Shown here piece by piece: positions 30,247-40,475 of a stretch of DNA of 64,000 nucleotides. How positions within the stretch are numbered: position 1 is the stretch's first letter; each line of letters starts with the position of its first letter. The stretch lies in IMG/VR virus record IMGVR_UViG_3300033141_004211, positions 1-64,000 of that record; one strand, written 5' to 3'. The translations under genes were made by a program, and so were the position numbers. The notes under the pieces were generated by a model. It was not told the DNA's origin, did not search any database, and was given only the letters and a program-made list of their open reading frames with translations. Source of the DNA: a virus.

Positions 30247-31102
30247 ATCTCTCTACCAATTCTTTAATCCTCAAGGCTCGATGCGTCCAGGTGTGCTTCG
30301 CAAGGGCCTCCTCATATCCTCGCCGAGCTATGGCCTCGCGTTCGTCGTCGTGCATGAGGTAGTACTCTGCCTTCTCCAGCATTTCGACGTCATTACGCCA
30401 CATGATACAGTGCACGCCATCCTTTAACGGGATATGCTTCGAGTAGCTGGTCAGAAGCAAAATCCCGCTACCGACTGTCTCCCACACACGGTAGTTAATA
30501 CCTATCGTGTGTTCAGGCGGACCACGCAAGATTTGATTCCAGCCAATCTTGCCATGCCTCAAAAAGGGTGCCATCTCAGCATGTGATAGCCCCTGCTGCC
30601 ACACTACCTTCCCGGGCAGACGATCCGCCAGTTTCTCCAAACGCGCCAACCGCCCAAATGCCTTAAGGTTCCCACAGAAAACAATATCAAATTCCTTCTC
30701 GGCAGAGGGATAAAAGACATCAGGGTCAAAACCCCTGTCAATGAAGAAAACCCTCTCATGTACCAGACGATACCTCTCTATATCAATCGGCTGAGAAAGC
30801 AACACCATGTCATATCGGGAAGACTTCAATACCCGAAACTGTCGGGTGAGATTCTCAGGCCCACGGCGCCAATCAGGGAGATAAATCCTGAACTTGGCAC
30901 GAAGACCGCCAGCTTTCTCGATCCCAATCGCCGCCTTGCTCCCGCACACAAAGGCGACAGCGACCCTCTCACGCACAACACGACGGAACTCAGGAGCATA
31001 AACAAACTGGAAATCCTCATCAGCCCAAACTCTCGCCAATGCCTTATGCCTGTATTGCACCCGTTCATAACCCTTGGCGTACCTAATGAATCTGATCTTC
31101 AT
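30239..31102 (-). CDS. CgeB-like glycosyltransferase
   Basis: C-terminal pattern INYRVWETVGSGILLLT ... AEYYLMHDDEREAIARRGYEEALAKHTWTHR, typical of the Glyco_trans_1_2/CgeB type. Confidence 0.65.
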   Translation of the reverse strand: MKIRFIRYAKGYERVQYRHKALARVWADEDFQFVYAPEFRRVVRERVAVAFVCGSKAAIGIEKAGGLRAKFRIYLPDWRRGPENLTRQFRVLKSSRYDMVLLSQPIDIERYRLVHERVFFIDRGFDPDVFYPSAEKEFDIVFCGNLKAFGRLARLEKLADRLPGKVVWQQGLSHAEMAPFLRHGKIGWNQILRGPPEHTIGINYRVWETVGSGILLLTSYSKHIPLKDGVHCIMWRNDVEMLEKAEYYLMHDDEREAIARRGYEEALAKHTWTHRALRIKELVERYV

Positions 31103-31739
31103 CCTTGAATGTCCACACTAGCCGACCAAGGCTCTGCAAGGGCTTCTCGACAGGAAGCTCACGCATCATCCAATCAACCCCAGCCCGAACCTCCGGGCAC
31201 CTCGGGTGGAAATAATCATCAAAAACGATGACACCGCCAGGAACCAAAAAGGGGAACCATAGCTCAATGTCAAGGCGACAATCAGGATGCCAACCGTCAA
31301 TGAACAACAGACGGATGGGGCTCTCCCACCACTTCGCAGCCTCCTCGGAGGTCATCACCAGCGGGTGGACGTAATCGTCATACCCCAGCCTCCTCACGTT
31401 CGCCAAGAAGGTGGGGTAGCTATCAATCCTGTCCACACCCGCTTGCTCCAAGTAGAGCTTCCCGCCAGTATGCGGGTCAACACACCAAACACGTTCCCTT
31501 TTGGCATCTCGCGACCCAGCAGCGAGGAAACAGGCAGAGCGACCGAAACCCGAGCCAATCTCTACTATGGCACCCTGACCAGGCCCGTACCGAGCCATGA
31601 GGTACAGGGTCGTGCCTGCGACCTCTGGCACGCCAAGGCCGGGGATTTCGCTGACAATCCTGTGAGCAAGAACATGCACACACTTAGGTAACTCACCACG
31701 TCGCTGGCGAGCGATCATCTCATGCATTGAGCAAATCAA
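31083..31739 (-). CDS. SAM-dependent O-methyltransferase (Methyltransf_24-like)
   Basis: IVEIGSGFGRSACFLA ... LLFIDGWH. Confidence 0.65.
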   Translation of the reverse strand: MICSMHEMIARQRRGELPKCVHVLAHRIVSEIPGLGVPEVAGTTLYLMARYGPGQGAIVEIGSGFGRSACFLAAGSRDAKRERVWCVDPHTGGKLYLEQAGVDRIDSYPTFLANVRRLGYDDYVHPLVMTSEEAAKWWESPIRLLFIDGWHPDCRLDIELWFPFLVPGGVIVFDDYFHPRCPEVRAGVDWMMRELPVEKPLQSLGRLVWTFKDEDQIH

Positions 31740-32748
31740 GAACCCTTACACCACTGACAATGTTGTCAGCGGTGATGAACTTCAGAGCTCCACGCGCTAA
31801 CCCAGCACCGCGCGAACGATTCGTCGCCATGACCGTCATCCGCCTAGTCAGGGCATCAATATTATTGACCGGATACAGCATCCCGGTGCGACCGGGGAAA
31901 ACTATCTCAGGATTCCCACCAGGCCATATCTCTCCATATTTGGAGAAGAAGCCATCTGAGGCAATAACTGGCACACCGAGAGCCATCGCCTCCCTGATGA
32001 CACGAGAGCAACCTTCCCAGAGAGAAGACTGCACCAGGCAATCAAACCCACGAAGAAGCCCCCACATCTTCGTGGGATCTTCAACAAGGCCAGTAAGCAC
32101 AATGCGCTCGTCGTTATCTATAAGTTTCTCTAACTCACCTCTTTCAGGACCATCACCGACAATCACCAGCCGGCAGTGATCCATGTCAAGCTTCTTAAAT
32201 GCACAGACAGCCTGACCAACTAGCTTGCGACGAATCAAACGGGCTACAACCCCAAAGGTGAAAGTATCGTCAGGGAACAATCGTATAGGCTCAATGCCAG
32301 CGGGGGGGGCAACAGGTATCCGACAGACGACAAAACTCCAAGAGGGGACACCCTGCCCAACAAAATAATTACGCACTGCTTCTGTCTCACACCAATATGA
32401 ATCCACATGGAGATATACCGGTGTGACGTAATCATCCCCGAAGCCACCGACAAAGGCAAAGATAGGCCCACCAGCTTCGTTGATTCTATCAGCCAGGGTT
32501 GCCTGCTGCCCCAGCAGCTTGGTGCCATATAGAAAGATAGCACGCGACCGGCGGCACGTCTTCCTCAAATCGTGAACGTCAATAAGGCGCACATCACACT
32601 CACGAGCCCTGGCGGTAATCTGATCCTCTCCACCGCTGCCAATATGCAACCATACATCCACACCGCGTTCGTACAACCACTCTGCCAAGGAAAGGCAGAT
32701 TATCTCTGACCCACCAATCTGCCGCCCACCGCTTATTACTCCGATCAC
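31720..32748 (-). CDS. GT4-type glycosyltransferase
   Basis: MIGVISGGRQIGGSE at the N-terminus and an E-x7-E motif (EGCSRVIREAMALGVPVI). Confidence 0.7.
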   Translation of the reverse strand: MIGVISGGRQIGGSEIICLSLAEWLYERGVDVWLHIGSGGEDQITARARECDVRLIDVHDLRKTCRRSRAIFLYGTKLLGQQATLADRINEAGGPIFAFVGGFGDDYVTPVYLHVDSYWCETEAVRNYFVGQGVPSWSFVVCRIPVAPPAGIEPIRLFPDDTFTFGVVARLIRRKLVGQAVCAFKKLDMDHCRLVIVGDGPERGELEKLIDNDERIVLTGLVEDPTKMWGLLRGFDCLVQSSLWEGCSRVIREAMALGVPVIASDGFFSKYGEIWPGGNPEIVFPGRTGMLYPVNNIDALTRRMTVMATNRSRGAGLARGALKFITADNIVSGVRVLDLLNA

Positions 32749-33722
32749 CTCACGCCTCCCAAGAATCTCTCATATCGCTTTGCAACACCGATAACATCAA
32801 CATACCTTCGCCACCAATCCCTGACGGCGAGTTGCCAGTGTTGCGTGTTCTCGACAACATCACACACAGCACCAAAAAGACTAGCGGTCTCTATCTGATA
32901 GAACTTCCCGCCACACTCAGCATTCGGGAAGGAACGAGAACCAGTACGCACGAACCTCACCTGCCGACCACCATAACCAGCCACCTCCGCCGCCCCGCCG
33001 ACATTGGGGACTATAACTGGCGCGCCCTCACCAAGAGCCTCGCACACCGTATTCGGAGAGAAATCTCCAACGACTAGATGAACAAGAGCAATGGCCCCCT
33101 GACCATACCAGCGCGAGTTCTTCTTAAAGCCTAACCACTTCCAACCCGGAAGAGCATACTTTGCCTTCGTCTCACGGGCATAATCACCGAGCAACCACAA
33201 TTCAAGGTTTGGGTAGCGCGATCTGACTTGATCCCATATCTGGGCCATGGCCCAGATACTATATGCCCGGTTGAGACCGCGTTTGAACCCCACGTTACCT
33301 ATCTGGGCATTGCGTATTAGCAAATAGGGGACATCACTCTCGCGCCGACCAATCCACGTTGAGCCATTGCGGATTACTGCCCGTCGCGGTGGTAATCGCC
33401 ATGTTTTACCCAGAAGACGTTTGGTCTTCAGGTGATTCTTCAACCACTCTGCCACGAAGATGGCGCCATCGGCAACCTTCAGCAGCCGCCAAGTAGCCTC
33501 AGCATTCTCGTGGTGGAAACCACCAACCCTGGCGACGATCTTCTTGCCAGTCCGTCGCCGTTGCTCAAGCTTCTTCCAGTCCCGCGTGAAACTCTGCCAA
33601 TAGATGATGTGCGTCGCCGCGCCTTCACTACCGACGAAAAGGGATGGTCTGGCTTTTCTCAACAACTCATACTGCCGCCGGGCACCAACCCCGGTGCCAG
33701 AGAGATCAACGAGGACCTTCAT
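32745..33722 (-). CDS. GT1/GT4-like glycosyltransferase
   Basis: C-terminal SPNTVCEALGEGAPVIVPNVGGAAEV. Confidence 0.55.
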   Translation of the reverse strand: MKVLVDLSGTGVGARRQYELLRKARPSLFVGSEGAATHIIYWQSFTRDWKKLEQRRRTGKKIVARVGGFHHENAEATWRLLKVADGAIFVAEWLKNHLKTKRLLGKTWRLPPRRAVIRNGSTWIGRRESDVPYLLIRNAQIGNVGFKRGLNRAYSIWAMAQIWDQVRSRYPNLELWLLGDYARETKAKYALPGWKWLGFKKNSRWYGQGAIALVHLVVGDFSPNTVCEALGEGAPVIVPNVGGAAEVAGYGGRQVRFVRTGSRSFPNAECGGKFYQIETASLFGAVCDVVENTQHWQLAVRDWWRRYVDVIGVAKRYERFLGGVR

Positions 33723-33807
33723 TTACATATCAATCTTTCTTCTTGCGACGATCAGCACTGCTCCAATAGCCAAGAAGTTGTGTCAATAGGCGCAGGCAGG
33801 TTAGCTG

Positions 33808-34416
33808 TTAACTATTCCAACCCCACGCACTCTCACCCAAATCCCTGAGCAACCGTGCTGGCACGCCAGCAACTCTCGTGTAAGGCTCAACGTCCTTCGT
33901 GACAACAGCGCCAGCCCCAATTATAGCTCCCTTACCAATGGTAACACCAGGCAGGATCACAGCACCACTACCGATCACAGCCTCAGCACAGATTACAACG
34001 CGATTTTCATCACACAGGGTCCAGGGAACCAATCGGACCGCCTTCGGGAACCGCTCATTGCAGAACATTACCCCATGCCCAATAAAAACGCGAGGCCCAA
34101 CGATTACCCCCTCACAAACAAAGGTGTGTGACTTCACCTTCGATTGCGGGCCAATCTCAACCCCACGCTCAATGAGCACATAAGGACCAATATCCGAACC
34201 ACGACGCAACACGACATCCCTATAAAGGATGGTATGAGCGCGAACATGCACGCCCTCTTCTATGACACATCCCGACTGGACCACACTAAACAGTCCGACC
34301 TCGACACCGGACATTAAGGTAACATTCTGCTCAATGATACTATACTTGCTGATCCTTATATCGCTTGTATTCTCCCCCGCCTCCCGCCTACCAGTAGACA
34401 TCAAACAATCCAACAC
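33808..34416 (-). CDS. Left-handed beta-helix (hexapeptide) sugar acyltransferase
   Basis: Hexapeptide repeats: ICAEAVIGSGAVILPGVTIGKGAIIGAGAVVTKDV. I placed the start at GTG 34416, 8 nt after AGGAGG and just past the radical SAM stop. Confidence 0.7.
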   Translation of the reverse strand: MLDCLMSTGRREAGENTSDIRISKYSIIEQNVTLMSGVEVGLFSVVQSGCVIEEGVHVRAHTILYRDVVLRRGSDIGPYVLIERGVEIGPQSKVKSHTFVCEGVIVGPRVFIGHGVMFCNERFPKAVRLVPWTLCDENRVVICAEAVIGSGAVILPGVTIGKGAIIGAGAVVTKDVEPYTRVAGVPARLLRDLGESAWGWNS

Positions 34417-34417
34417 C

Positions 34418-35476
34418 TCAACACCTCCTACAGAGAGCGGGAAGCACGCCCTCGTCCCCATCAGTGCTCTGATACAGAGAGAGGTCGTGTCTCAAATCTT
34501 GAAAGGGTTTCGCTAGCCAAATGCCATGCAAGCTATTCGTCTCCAGGGACCCCATAACAGGTCCTTGGTCTATCGCGTAGCAGCAAATCGTAACCCTCCC
34601 ATCCCACCAGACACTAGCACGCTGCCAGGGTTTTCTACAAGAAAAGCGCCGCTTATCAGCGTGGTCCCACCCCGGATGTTTCTCAGCATCAATCTGACCG
34701 CCGAACCGTTCAACATTCTTGCAAAAGACACGACCGCCGGGGAGCCCAGGGATGGGCCTATACTTCGTGAGCGACCTGATACGGGAGCTTTCAGCGTACT
34801 TGCGGACGAATGGAAGCCACTCTTCCTCGTTATCCTTTAGTCGCAAAATCTGAATCCAAATCTGTGGCACCTTCTGTTGGCGCGCTACCCTCTGTCGAGC
34901 CAACTTCAATAACATGTCCACATTTGCCTGAACCTTCTCAAACTTGGCTCCAACGCGGATAGACTCATAGACAGCCTTGCTCACTCCATCCAGGCTAATG
35001 ATAAGCCTGTGAAGCTCGGAGCCAAGAATAGCCTCAATCAAAGGCTGAGTAAGGGGAACCGCGTTTGTAGACACAGCTATGCTACCAACACCAGCCTTAG
35101 CCAGGGCGTTCACCCACTGCACGAACTTGGGATGCAACAGCGACTCACCACCAAGATGCATCCACACCCATCGGATAGTATTAGGCTGCTGAACATTCCA
35201 ATGACTAATTTCTTTAGTCAATTGACTAAAAACCTTGTCCGACATATACCCAACTGGTCGACTATAATCAGGATCCCCACGCGGGCACATGATACACCGA
35301 CAGGGGCAAGCATTCGTGAGCTCGATGTCCAGTGCCAGGGGCATTGCCCGAACACAGGGTGTACCACACTCGGGGCACTCTTCGACATCCCTCGCATGAC
35401 CACTCCTGGCACGTACACGAAAAGCCCCATGAGTCAGACATTCATAGAGGTTGAATTCAAAGTGTTCTTTCTTCAT
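34418..35476 (-). CDS. Radical SAM enzyme with SPASM-like C-terminus
   Basis: CxxxCxxC in LTNACPCRCIMCP. The C-terminus is Cys-rich (CRKPWQRASVWWDGRVTICCY). An N-terminal zinc-ribbon is also present. Confidence 0.75.
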   Translation of the reverse strand: MKKEHFEFNLYECLTHGAFRVRARSGHARDVEECPECGTPCVRAMPLALDIELTNACPCRCIMCPRGDPDYSRPVGYMSDKVFSQLTKEISHWNVQQPNTIRWVWMHLGGESLLHPKFVQWVNALAKAGVGSIAVSTNAVPLTQPLIEAILGSELHRLIISLDGVSKAVYESIRVGAKFEKVQANVDMLLKLARQRVARQQKVPQIWIQILRLKDNEEEWLPFVRKYAESSRIRSLTKYRPIPGLPGGRVFCKNVERFGGQIDAEKHPGWDHADKRRFSCRKPWQRASVWWDGRVTICCYAIDQGPVMGSLETNSLHGIWLAKPFQDLRHDLSLYQSTDGDEGVLPALCRRC

Positions 35477-35662
35477 CTTCTCAAAGTCAGACCTGGTTTT
35501 CCAAACTATGCCAAAGTGACGATAGCTTGGACGGGTGTCCTTTCAGCACCCACTTTTGACGCTTCAACGAGAGCAGCGCTCAAAATCTCTATCGTGGACA
35601 GTGCCACAATCACAAACCTCAGGGGATAGCAACAAAAACGTCACGATGCACAGTCATAACCT

Positions 35663-36541
35663 CTAATCAGACATCAGCCTCGTAACTCGTTCGATCAACC
35701 TGGGACCAGCGACAGACTCCTCACCAGTCCTGACACATTCGATGAAATCATGCAGGGCCACAGTAAGTGGTGGTGGTTCATACACAACATTGGGAGAAGC
35801 AATCTTGCCATCCTCCCCGTGAGTGATCTCCCAGAGCTTCCTCGTCACATCGTCAATGATAATAGTCCTGGTGTCACCGACGAGCTCAATGTGACGGGAT
35901 TTCATGGGGTGGTGCCAACTCATAAAGGCAGAAGCAAAAGCATCGCCGATCACAAGATGCGCCGCAGCATAACCACGCACACGCCTCACTGACTCAACGC
36001 AGACGTTCTGTTTGAACAGGTGACACAACACCGAGAGAGGATGCGGACCAACCGACCACCATACGTCAACGTCACTTCTCACGATCCCCCAATTGGTCCA
36101 GTCAAGACGTGCGAACTCAAGGCTAAAATCGGTCTCCTCTATAAGCCCCTTAGCAAACTTCACCAAGGGGTTGTGCACGAAAACGTAGTCACAAACAAGG
36201 GTCCCCCCAACAGCAGCGTTAAGCAGCCTCTCCATATCTGGGATGGTCATCGCTGGCGGTTTCTCCACAAAAACAGCCTTCCCACGCCGCAATGCCGCAA
36301 CAGCTTGCTCAACATGGAGCGCAGGCGGAGATGCGATCACCACCGCATCAATCCTATCAGCTAGCAGGTACTCAAAAGTGCTGTGAGTCTTCACAGCACC
36401 ATTTAGCATAGCTGCTGCCCGCTGACGAGCCCCGGGATCAGGGTCAGCCACAGCCTCAACAGCGACCCCAACTATATCACGCAAGGTGCGCACAATATTG
36501 CCACCCCAATACCCACACCCTGAAATTCCTATTCTCAGCAT
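35663..36541 (-). CDS. Gfo/Idh/MocA-family sugar oxidoreductase
   Basis: Rossmann opening: MLRIGISGCGYWGGNIVRTL. Confidence 0.7.
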   Translation of the reverse strand: MLRIGISGCGYWGGNIVRTLRDIVGVAVEAVADPDPGARQRAAAMLNGAVKTHSTFEYLLADRIDAVVIASPPALHVEQAVAALRRGKAVFVEKPPAMTIPDMERLLNAAVGGTLVCDYVFVHNPLVKFAKGLIEETDFSLEFARLDWTNWGIVRSDVDVWWSVGPHPLSVLCHLFKQNVCVESVRRVRGYAAAHLVIGDAFASAFMSWHHPMKSRHIELVGDTRTIIIDDVTRKLWEITHGEDGKIASPNVVYEPPPLTVALHDFIECVRTGEESVAGPRLIERVTRLMSD

Positions 36542-37887
36542 CAGCCAACCCTCATAACAGGAGCCTCTAACATTCTATTTCGGGACATATCTCGCACGAC
36601 ATCATCAAGCCAGATAGAATAAGTGGTCACCAACCTCCCGCCCCTACTTTTCGAGAACAGACACAAGGTCTGTGCGGCCTCACTCGTCTTACGCCGCCCT
36701 TTCGCCGTGAACTCAGTCACCGGGATCATCGAGGCAGCACCAACAGCATTCGTGCTGAAGAGTTTAAACAAGACTTTCTGATGATGGTGCCCGATAACGA
36801 CGGTATCAGGCACAAGCATCAAGGAAATCAATTGCTCTAAAGACGTGATCTGCCCCTCAAAGTCCAGATCTCGCAAAGCCTCCTTAGCCTCAAGCGTCAT
36901 CATGCCCACGATATCGGCTATGGCCCTACCATAGCCATACCATGGGTAACCGACGTATGACCTGATGTCCTCTCCATGCATCGAGTATACGACGTGGCTA
37001 CCATAGAGGACGTGAAACATGTACCAGCACCTCGGGAACAAGCAGGTCACGTTGGGCTGATTGGCCAAGAGAGCCTCCAATAGCTTATACATCAGCCAAT
37101 CAAAATTATCCCACGGCGCCGCCACGCCGGGCTTCTGGAATATCCGACCATGATTGCCGGGGACACCAGTGACGTACACCTTAGGATACTTGCCAGCGAG
37201 CATCCTAATATTCTGCGCAAACAGATACGCCCCTTCTACAACCTGGTCAGCGACGCCCATTTCAACTCGTCGCCTCTGCCCTCTCCTCAGATCAGAGTGC
37301 TCAACTATATCACCTAAGAAATGGACGATGACCGCGTCCCAAGTAATATAATCAAGCCTATCAAACAGCCCAACGGTCCGTTGGAAAAGAGCATTTATAG
37401 CAGCTTTGGCAATCTCAACATTGTACCAAGGCAAAAGGCCGAGATTCGCTGACTCCTTCGCCCCCAGGTGCACATCAGCAACGTTGAGCATACCGATGTG
37501 ATGTGACTTCTTTGAAACCTCTGGAGGGAGGGAGGGTACTGGGATAGGGTCAGAGCGCAACATGGCAGCAACATCCCTCAAGACATCATGCCATGCCTGC
37601 TCCGAAGCGAGCTCCTTCTCCAGGGCCTTCACACGCTGTTTGAAGTAACGAAGCTCGTGCGCTACTGCCAGCGCACCAGGGTCTATATCCGTCGCACCGA
37701 TATACCTCTGGAAGGCCGTAAAAAGCGTCTCACCAGGCTCAACTTCCACCACGGAGGAGATAATACGCCCCAGCGACGTACGCGAGACTCCCATGCGTCG
37801 CGCCAACTCATCAAAACTCACGCACTCTGGGGCTAGAGCCCGTGCGCGCTTAATGACAGCTTCAGGATCGTGCTTGCGGGGCGACAT
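36541..37887 (-). CDS. HTH domain fused to calcineurin-like metallophosphoesterase
   Basis: N-terminal HTH (ELARRMGVSRTSLGRI). Metallophosphoesterase motifs: NVADVHLG, GDIVEH, GNHG, IGHHH. Confidence 0.6.
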   Translation of the reverse strand: MSPRKHDPEAVIKRARALAPECVSFDELARRMGVSRTSLGRIISSVVEVEPGETLFTAFQRYIGATDIDPGALAVAHELRYFKQRVKALEKELASEQAWHDVLRDVAAMLRSDPIPVPSLPPEVSKKSHHIGMLNVADVHLGAKESANLGLLPWYNVEIAKAAINALFQRTVGLFDRLDYITWDAVIVHFLGDIVEHSDLRRGQRRRVEMGVADQVVEGAYLFAQNIRMLAGKYPKVYVTGVPGNHGRIFQKPGVAAPWDNFDWLMYKLLEALLANQPNVTCLFPRCWYMFHVLYGSHVVYSMHGEDIRSYVGYPWYGYGRAIADIVGMMTLEAKEALRDLDFEGQITSLEQLISLMLVPDTVVIGHHHQKVLFKLFSTNAVGAASMIPVTEFTAKGRRKTSEAAQTLCLFSKSRGGRLVTTYSIWLDDVVRDMSRNRMLEAPVMRVG

Positions 37888-38011
37888 TATCTATCCACTT
37901 CGCTTGTTTACGACCGCTATAGTTTAAGGTCACTATTTGAGGGATATCTTTGTGTCGTACTACGGCAGTCCACTCCACCATCGGCGTGGGCAATATCCTG
38001 GAACTAGGTAA

Positions 38012-39211
38012 CTAACAATCAGGCAGCGATCTGGTCGGCACACGTTGCTCCCTAAGGCCATATCTACTGACCCAAATGCCAACCGTCTGCCCACGCACAC
38101 CATCAAAATCCCCGGCGATCTCCGCAGTGGAACGCCCTTTCACAACAAACTCTTCATATAACCAATCAGGGTCACGCCACGGGGCAAAAAGCTGAGCAAA
38201 ACGGTCAAACTTTCTACGCAAAAATAGATCACTACCAAAAATGTCAAGCTCTGACCCATAGATAAATCTGGCAAATCTCATGGAGTGCAGCGGGGCAGAC
38301 CAACGTACAAACCAACAACCAGACCGCGTGCCATCCTTCTTAGTATAATTCCCAGGCATCCACAACCGCGAACGGCGAGGGAGATCAAGAGATACCATAA
38401 CGTCAACAAAATCATCAATGAGCGCAGGAGAGCCAGAAGACAGCCCGAATTGATACCCATCCTTACTTACATATCCATCACCATCAAAGAGTCCTCGGAT
38501 GAAATGGGGAAGCATAGCCGTATCACTTCTAATCACAGAAGGAAGCCGCACAGAGCGCCCCTTCTCCGCGCCAGCAGGGATACCATACTTATTAACAAGC
38601 ACCTCCCATGCGTGTTTCGAGCCGAGCAACAAATACGATATATCACCCCCTCTAGGAAGGGAACCACAATAGTCAAGCACACGAGCTATGCGCAAGAGAA
38701 TATCAGGCTCAGCCTGATGGATTGCAAAGGCATACCGACGCGACCCCCTACCAGTGATATTGTCAAACACCGCCCCATCTGCGATGATAAATCCGAGAAT
38801 ATATGCACTATCAGGAGTAAGAACATCAAAGAAGGTTTCACGCCATTTTGACCATCTTGGCCTGAGAAAACCGCAATGCTCATGTCGCCATCTTGCTGCA
38901 CACGACGGCCCACAAAAGCGGTTACGCTCACTCCTAACGAGAGCGCCACAGAAATCGCAAGTGCGTGGGCCATCCGTCTTCGACAAACAATCAGTTGCTC
39001 CCAATCTCTTAAAGGCCTCAAAGAGACTCTCGTCACGCGCGGGACGAACACGGCGTGAGATATGATACGCAAGACCACGCCTCTCCACGCCAAGGTGATC
39101 AGCCAAATCCTGCATATCGGAACAAACGCTGACAATAACCGCCGCGCGTGCGACGACCGCCTCCCAATTACGTTTCCATACACTAACACGGACACCGGAA
39201 GACATCAACAA
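38012..39211 (-). CDS. LAGLIDADG homing endonuclease with N-terminal HTH and zinc-ribbon
   Basis: Two LAGLIDADG motifs (YILGFIIADGAV and FIRGLFDGDGYV). Zinc-ribbon: CDFCG...CGPSC. Confidence 0.7.
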   Translation of the reverse strand: MLMSSGVRVSVWKRNWEAVVARAAVIVSVCSDMQDLADHLGVERRGLAYHISRRVRPARDESLFEAFKRLGATDCLSKTDGPRTCDFCGALVRSERNRFCGPSCAARWRHEHCGFLRPRWSKWRETFFDVLTPDSAYILGFIIADGAVFDNITGRGSRRYAFAIHQAEPDILLRIARVLDYCGSLPRGGDISYLLLGSKHAWEVLVNKYGIPAGAEKGRSVRLPSVIRSDTAMLPHFIRGLFDGDGYVSKDGYQFGLSSGSPALIDDFVDVMVSLDLPRRSRLWMPGNYTKKDGTRSGCWFVRWSAPLHSMRFARFIYGSELDIFGSDLFLRRKFDRFAQLFAPWRDPDWLYEEFVVKGRSTAEIAGDFDGVRGQTVGIWVSRYGLREQRVPTRSLPDC

Positions 39212-40071
39212 TCCTCCAATGATGCAAGATTATAACCAACGCCCCCAATCTCAATGTATGAAGGAGGCGTGCCACTCACCACGCGGCTACGAGCCGGGTG
39301 ATGAACACAATTGGGATGTTGGTAAGCTAATGAGATGGCCTCATTGACCGGGACCCAAGTTCCAGCGAAGGTCGCGCATACGATAGGGGTATCACGAGAA
39401 GGATCGCTAGCCACAGAAGGAGCCATGAAACATTCAACCTCAATACCTTCAGCATTCTTCCCCCAAAAGTACCCAACCTCGTCCCGCCAAGAGACGGTCG
39501 TCTCAGACACAGCTATCTCACGGTCCTTCCACCGCTGAAAGTCAGCATGATAGGTTCCCATCCGCTTAATCATAGTCCAGCGATTAAGCCCCCGCAGCGA
39601 GCCATGCTCTTTCACCCAATCTGCCTTCACTTTCTCAGCCCAGGTGGGAACCCTTGCATTGTAGGTCTGTCGAATTGAGCGCGCAGCGAAAGACGCTCTC
39701 CCGAAAGCCTTGGCCCGCTCGGTCGGGGAGAGGGCAAAGCCAGATGGAAGAGCCTTCCCAAACGCGGAGCATAGCTGCTGAGACAAAGCCTCCTGACGGG
39801 TTTTCAAAGCATCGTTAAAAAGAGTTTTCGCAGCTTCCTTCTCCCAGGCGTCATCGCGCTGAAACCAGCGGATGGCGAAATCGGTAGCGTCGTTGATGTC
39901 CTTCTCAACGAGCCACTTCCCGAAAGGCAAAGCGAGAGTCTTGTAGAACACCTCGAAAAGCGCAGCCTTCCTCAACAGCGTCTCAGCAGATGTCAACCTC
40001 GCCACATTCTCTTGAGTGCTGAGGATGCATCTCTGCATCACAGGGGGAAGAGACTCAAACGGAGCGTCCAA
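39205..40071 (-). CDS. Hypothetical protein
   Basis: 288-aa ORF. The track start is a TTG; an ATG at 40038 is an alternative. Confidence 0.5.
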   Translation of the reverse strand: MDAPFESLPPVMQRCILSTQENVARLTSAETLLRKAALFEVFYKTLALPFGKWLVEKDINDATDFAIRWFQRDDAWEKEAAKTLFNDALKTRQEALSQQLCSAFGKALPSGFALSPTERAKAFGRASFAARSIRQTYNARVPTWAEKVKADWVKEHGSLRGLNRWTMIKRMGTYHADFQRWKDREIAVSETTVSWRDEVGYFWGKNAEGIEVECFMAPSVASDPSRDTPIVCATFAGTWVPVNEAISLAYQHPNCVHHPARSRVVSGTPPSYIEIGGVGYNLASLEDC

Positions 40072-40073
40072 CG

Positions 40074-40250
40074 CTAGAACTCCTCAACATCAGGCGACAC
40101 AACCTTTTCCAATAGATCGCCCGAAACGGTCTCCAACCGTTTACCACACTTCTTGCAGACCCTGACAATCTTGCTTTTCAAAAGCACGGTCCTCGTATCC
40201 GTATGAGGGCACTCATCCTCTTCGTCTCGACGCACTTCTTGCTCATCCAT
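40074..40250 (-). CDS. Small zinc-ribbon protein
   Basis: 58 aa, below the track cutoff, from my translation: MDEQEVRRDEEDECPHTDTRTVLLKSKIVRVCKKCGKRLE.... The start abuts the upstream stop. Confidence 0.4.
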   Translation of the reverse strand: MDEQEVRRDEEDECPHTDTRTVLLKSKIVRVCKKCGKRLETVSGDLLEKVVSPDVEEF

Positions 40251-40469
40251 TTACAGCTCCGCTCTCACCACAACCGGGCGACTGGCTATCACCTTAAGCC
40301 TGGCACCACACTCGGGGTACATATCCGCCCCACATTTAGGACAGTAATGCTTAATCACACACCGCCCGCTATCTTCTCTCTTCTCCTTGCGAACTGGCAC
40401 TTGGCAACGCGAGCAAACCAAAGCGCCATCATCAAGCAACTCAAGGGTCAACTGGCAGCACGAACCCAC
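40251..40469 (-). CDS. Zinc-ribbon protein
   Basis: 72 aa with CSRCQ...CPKCG...ECG. Confidence 0.45.
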   Translation of the reverse strand: MGSCCQLTLELLDDGALVCSRCQVPVRKEKREDSGRCVIKHYCPKCGADMYPECGARLKVIASRPVVVRAEL

Positions 40470-40475
40470 TTTGCT

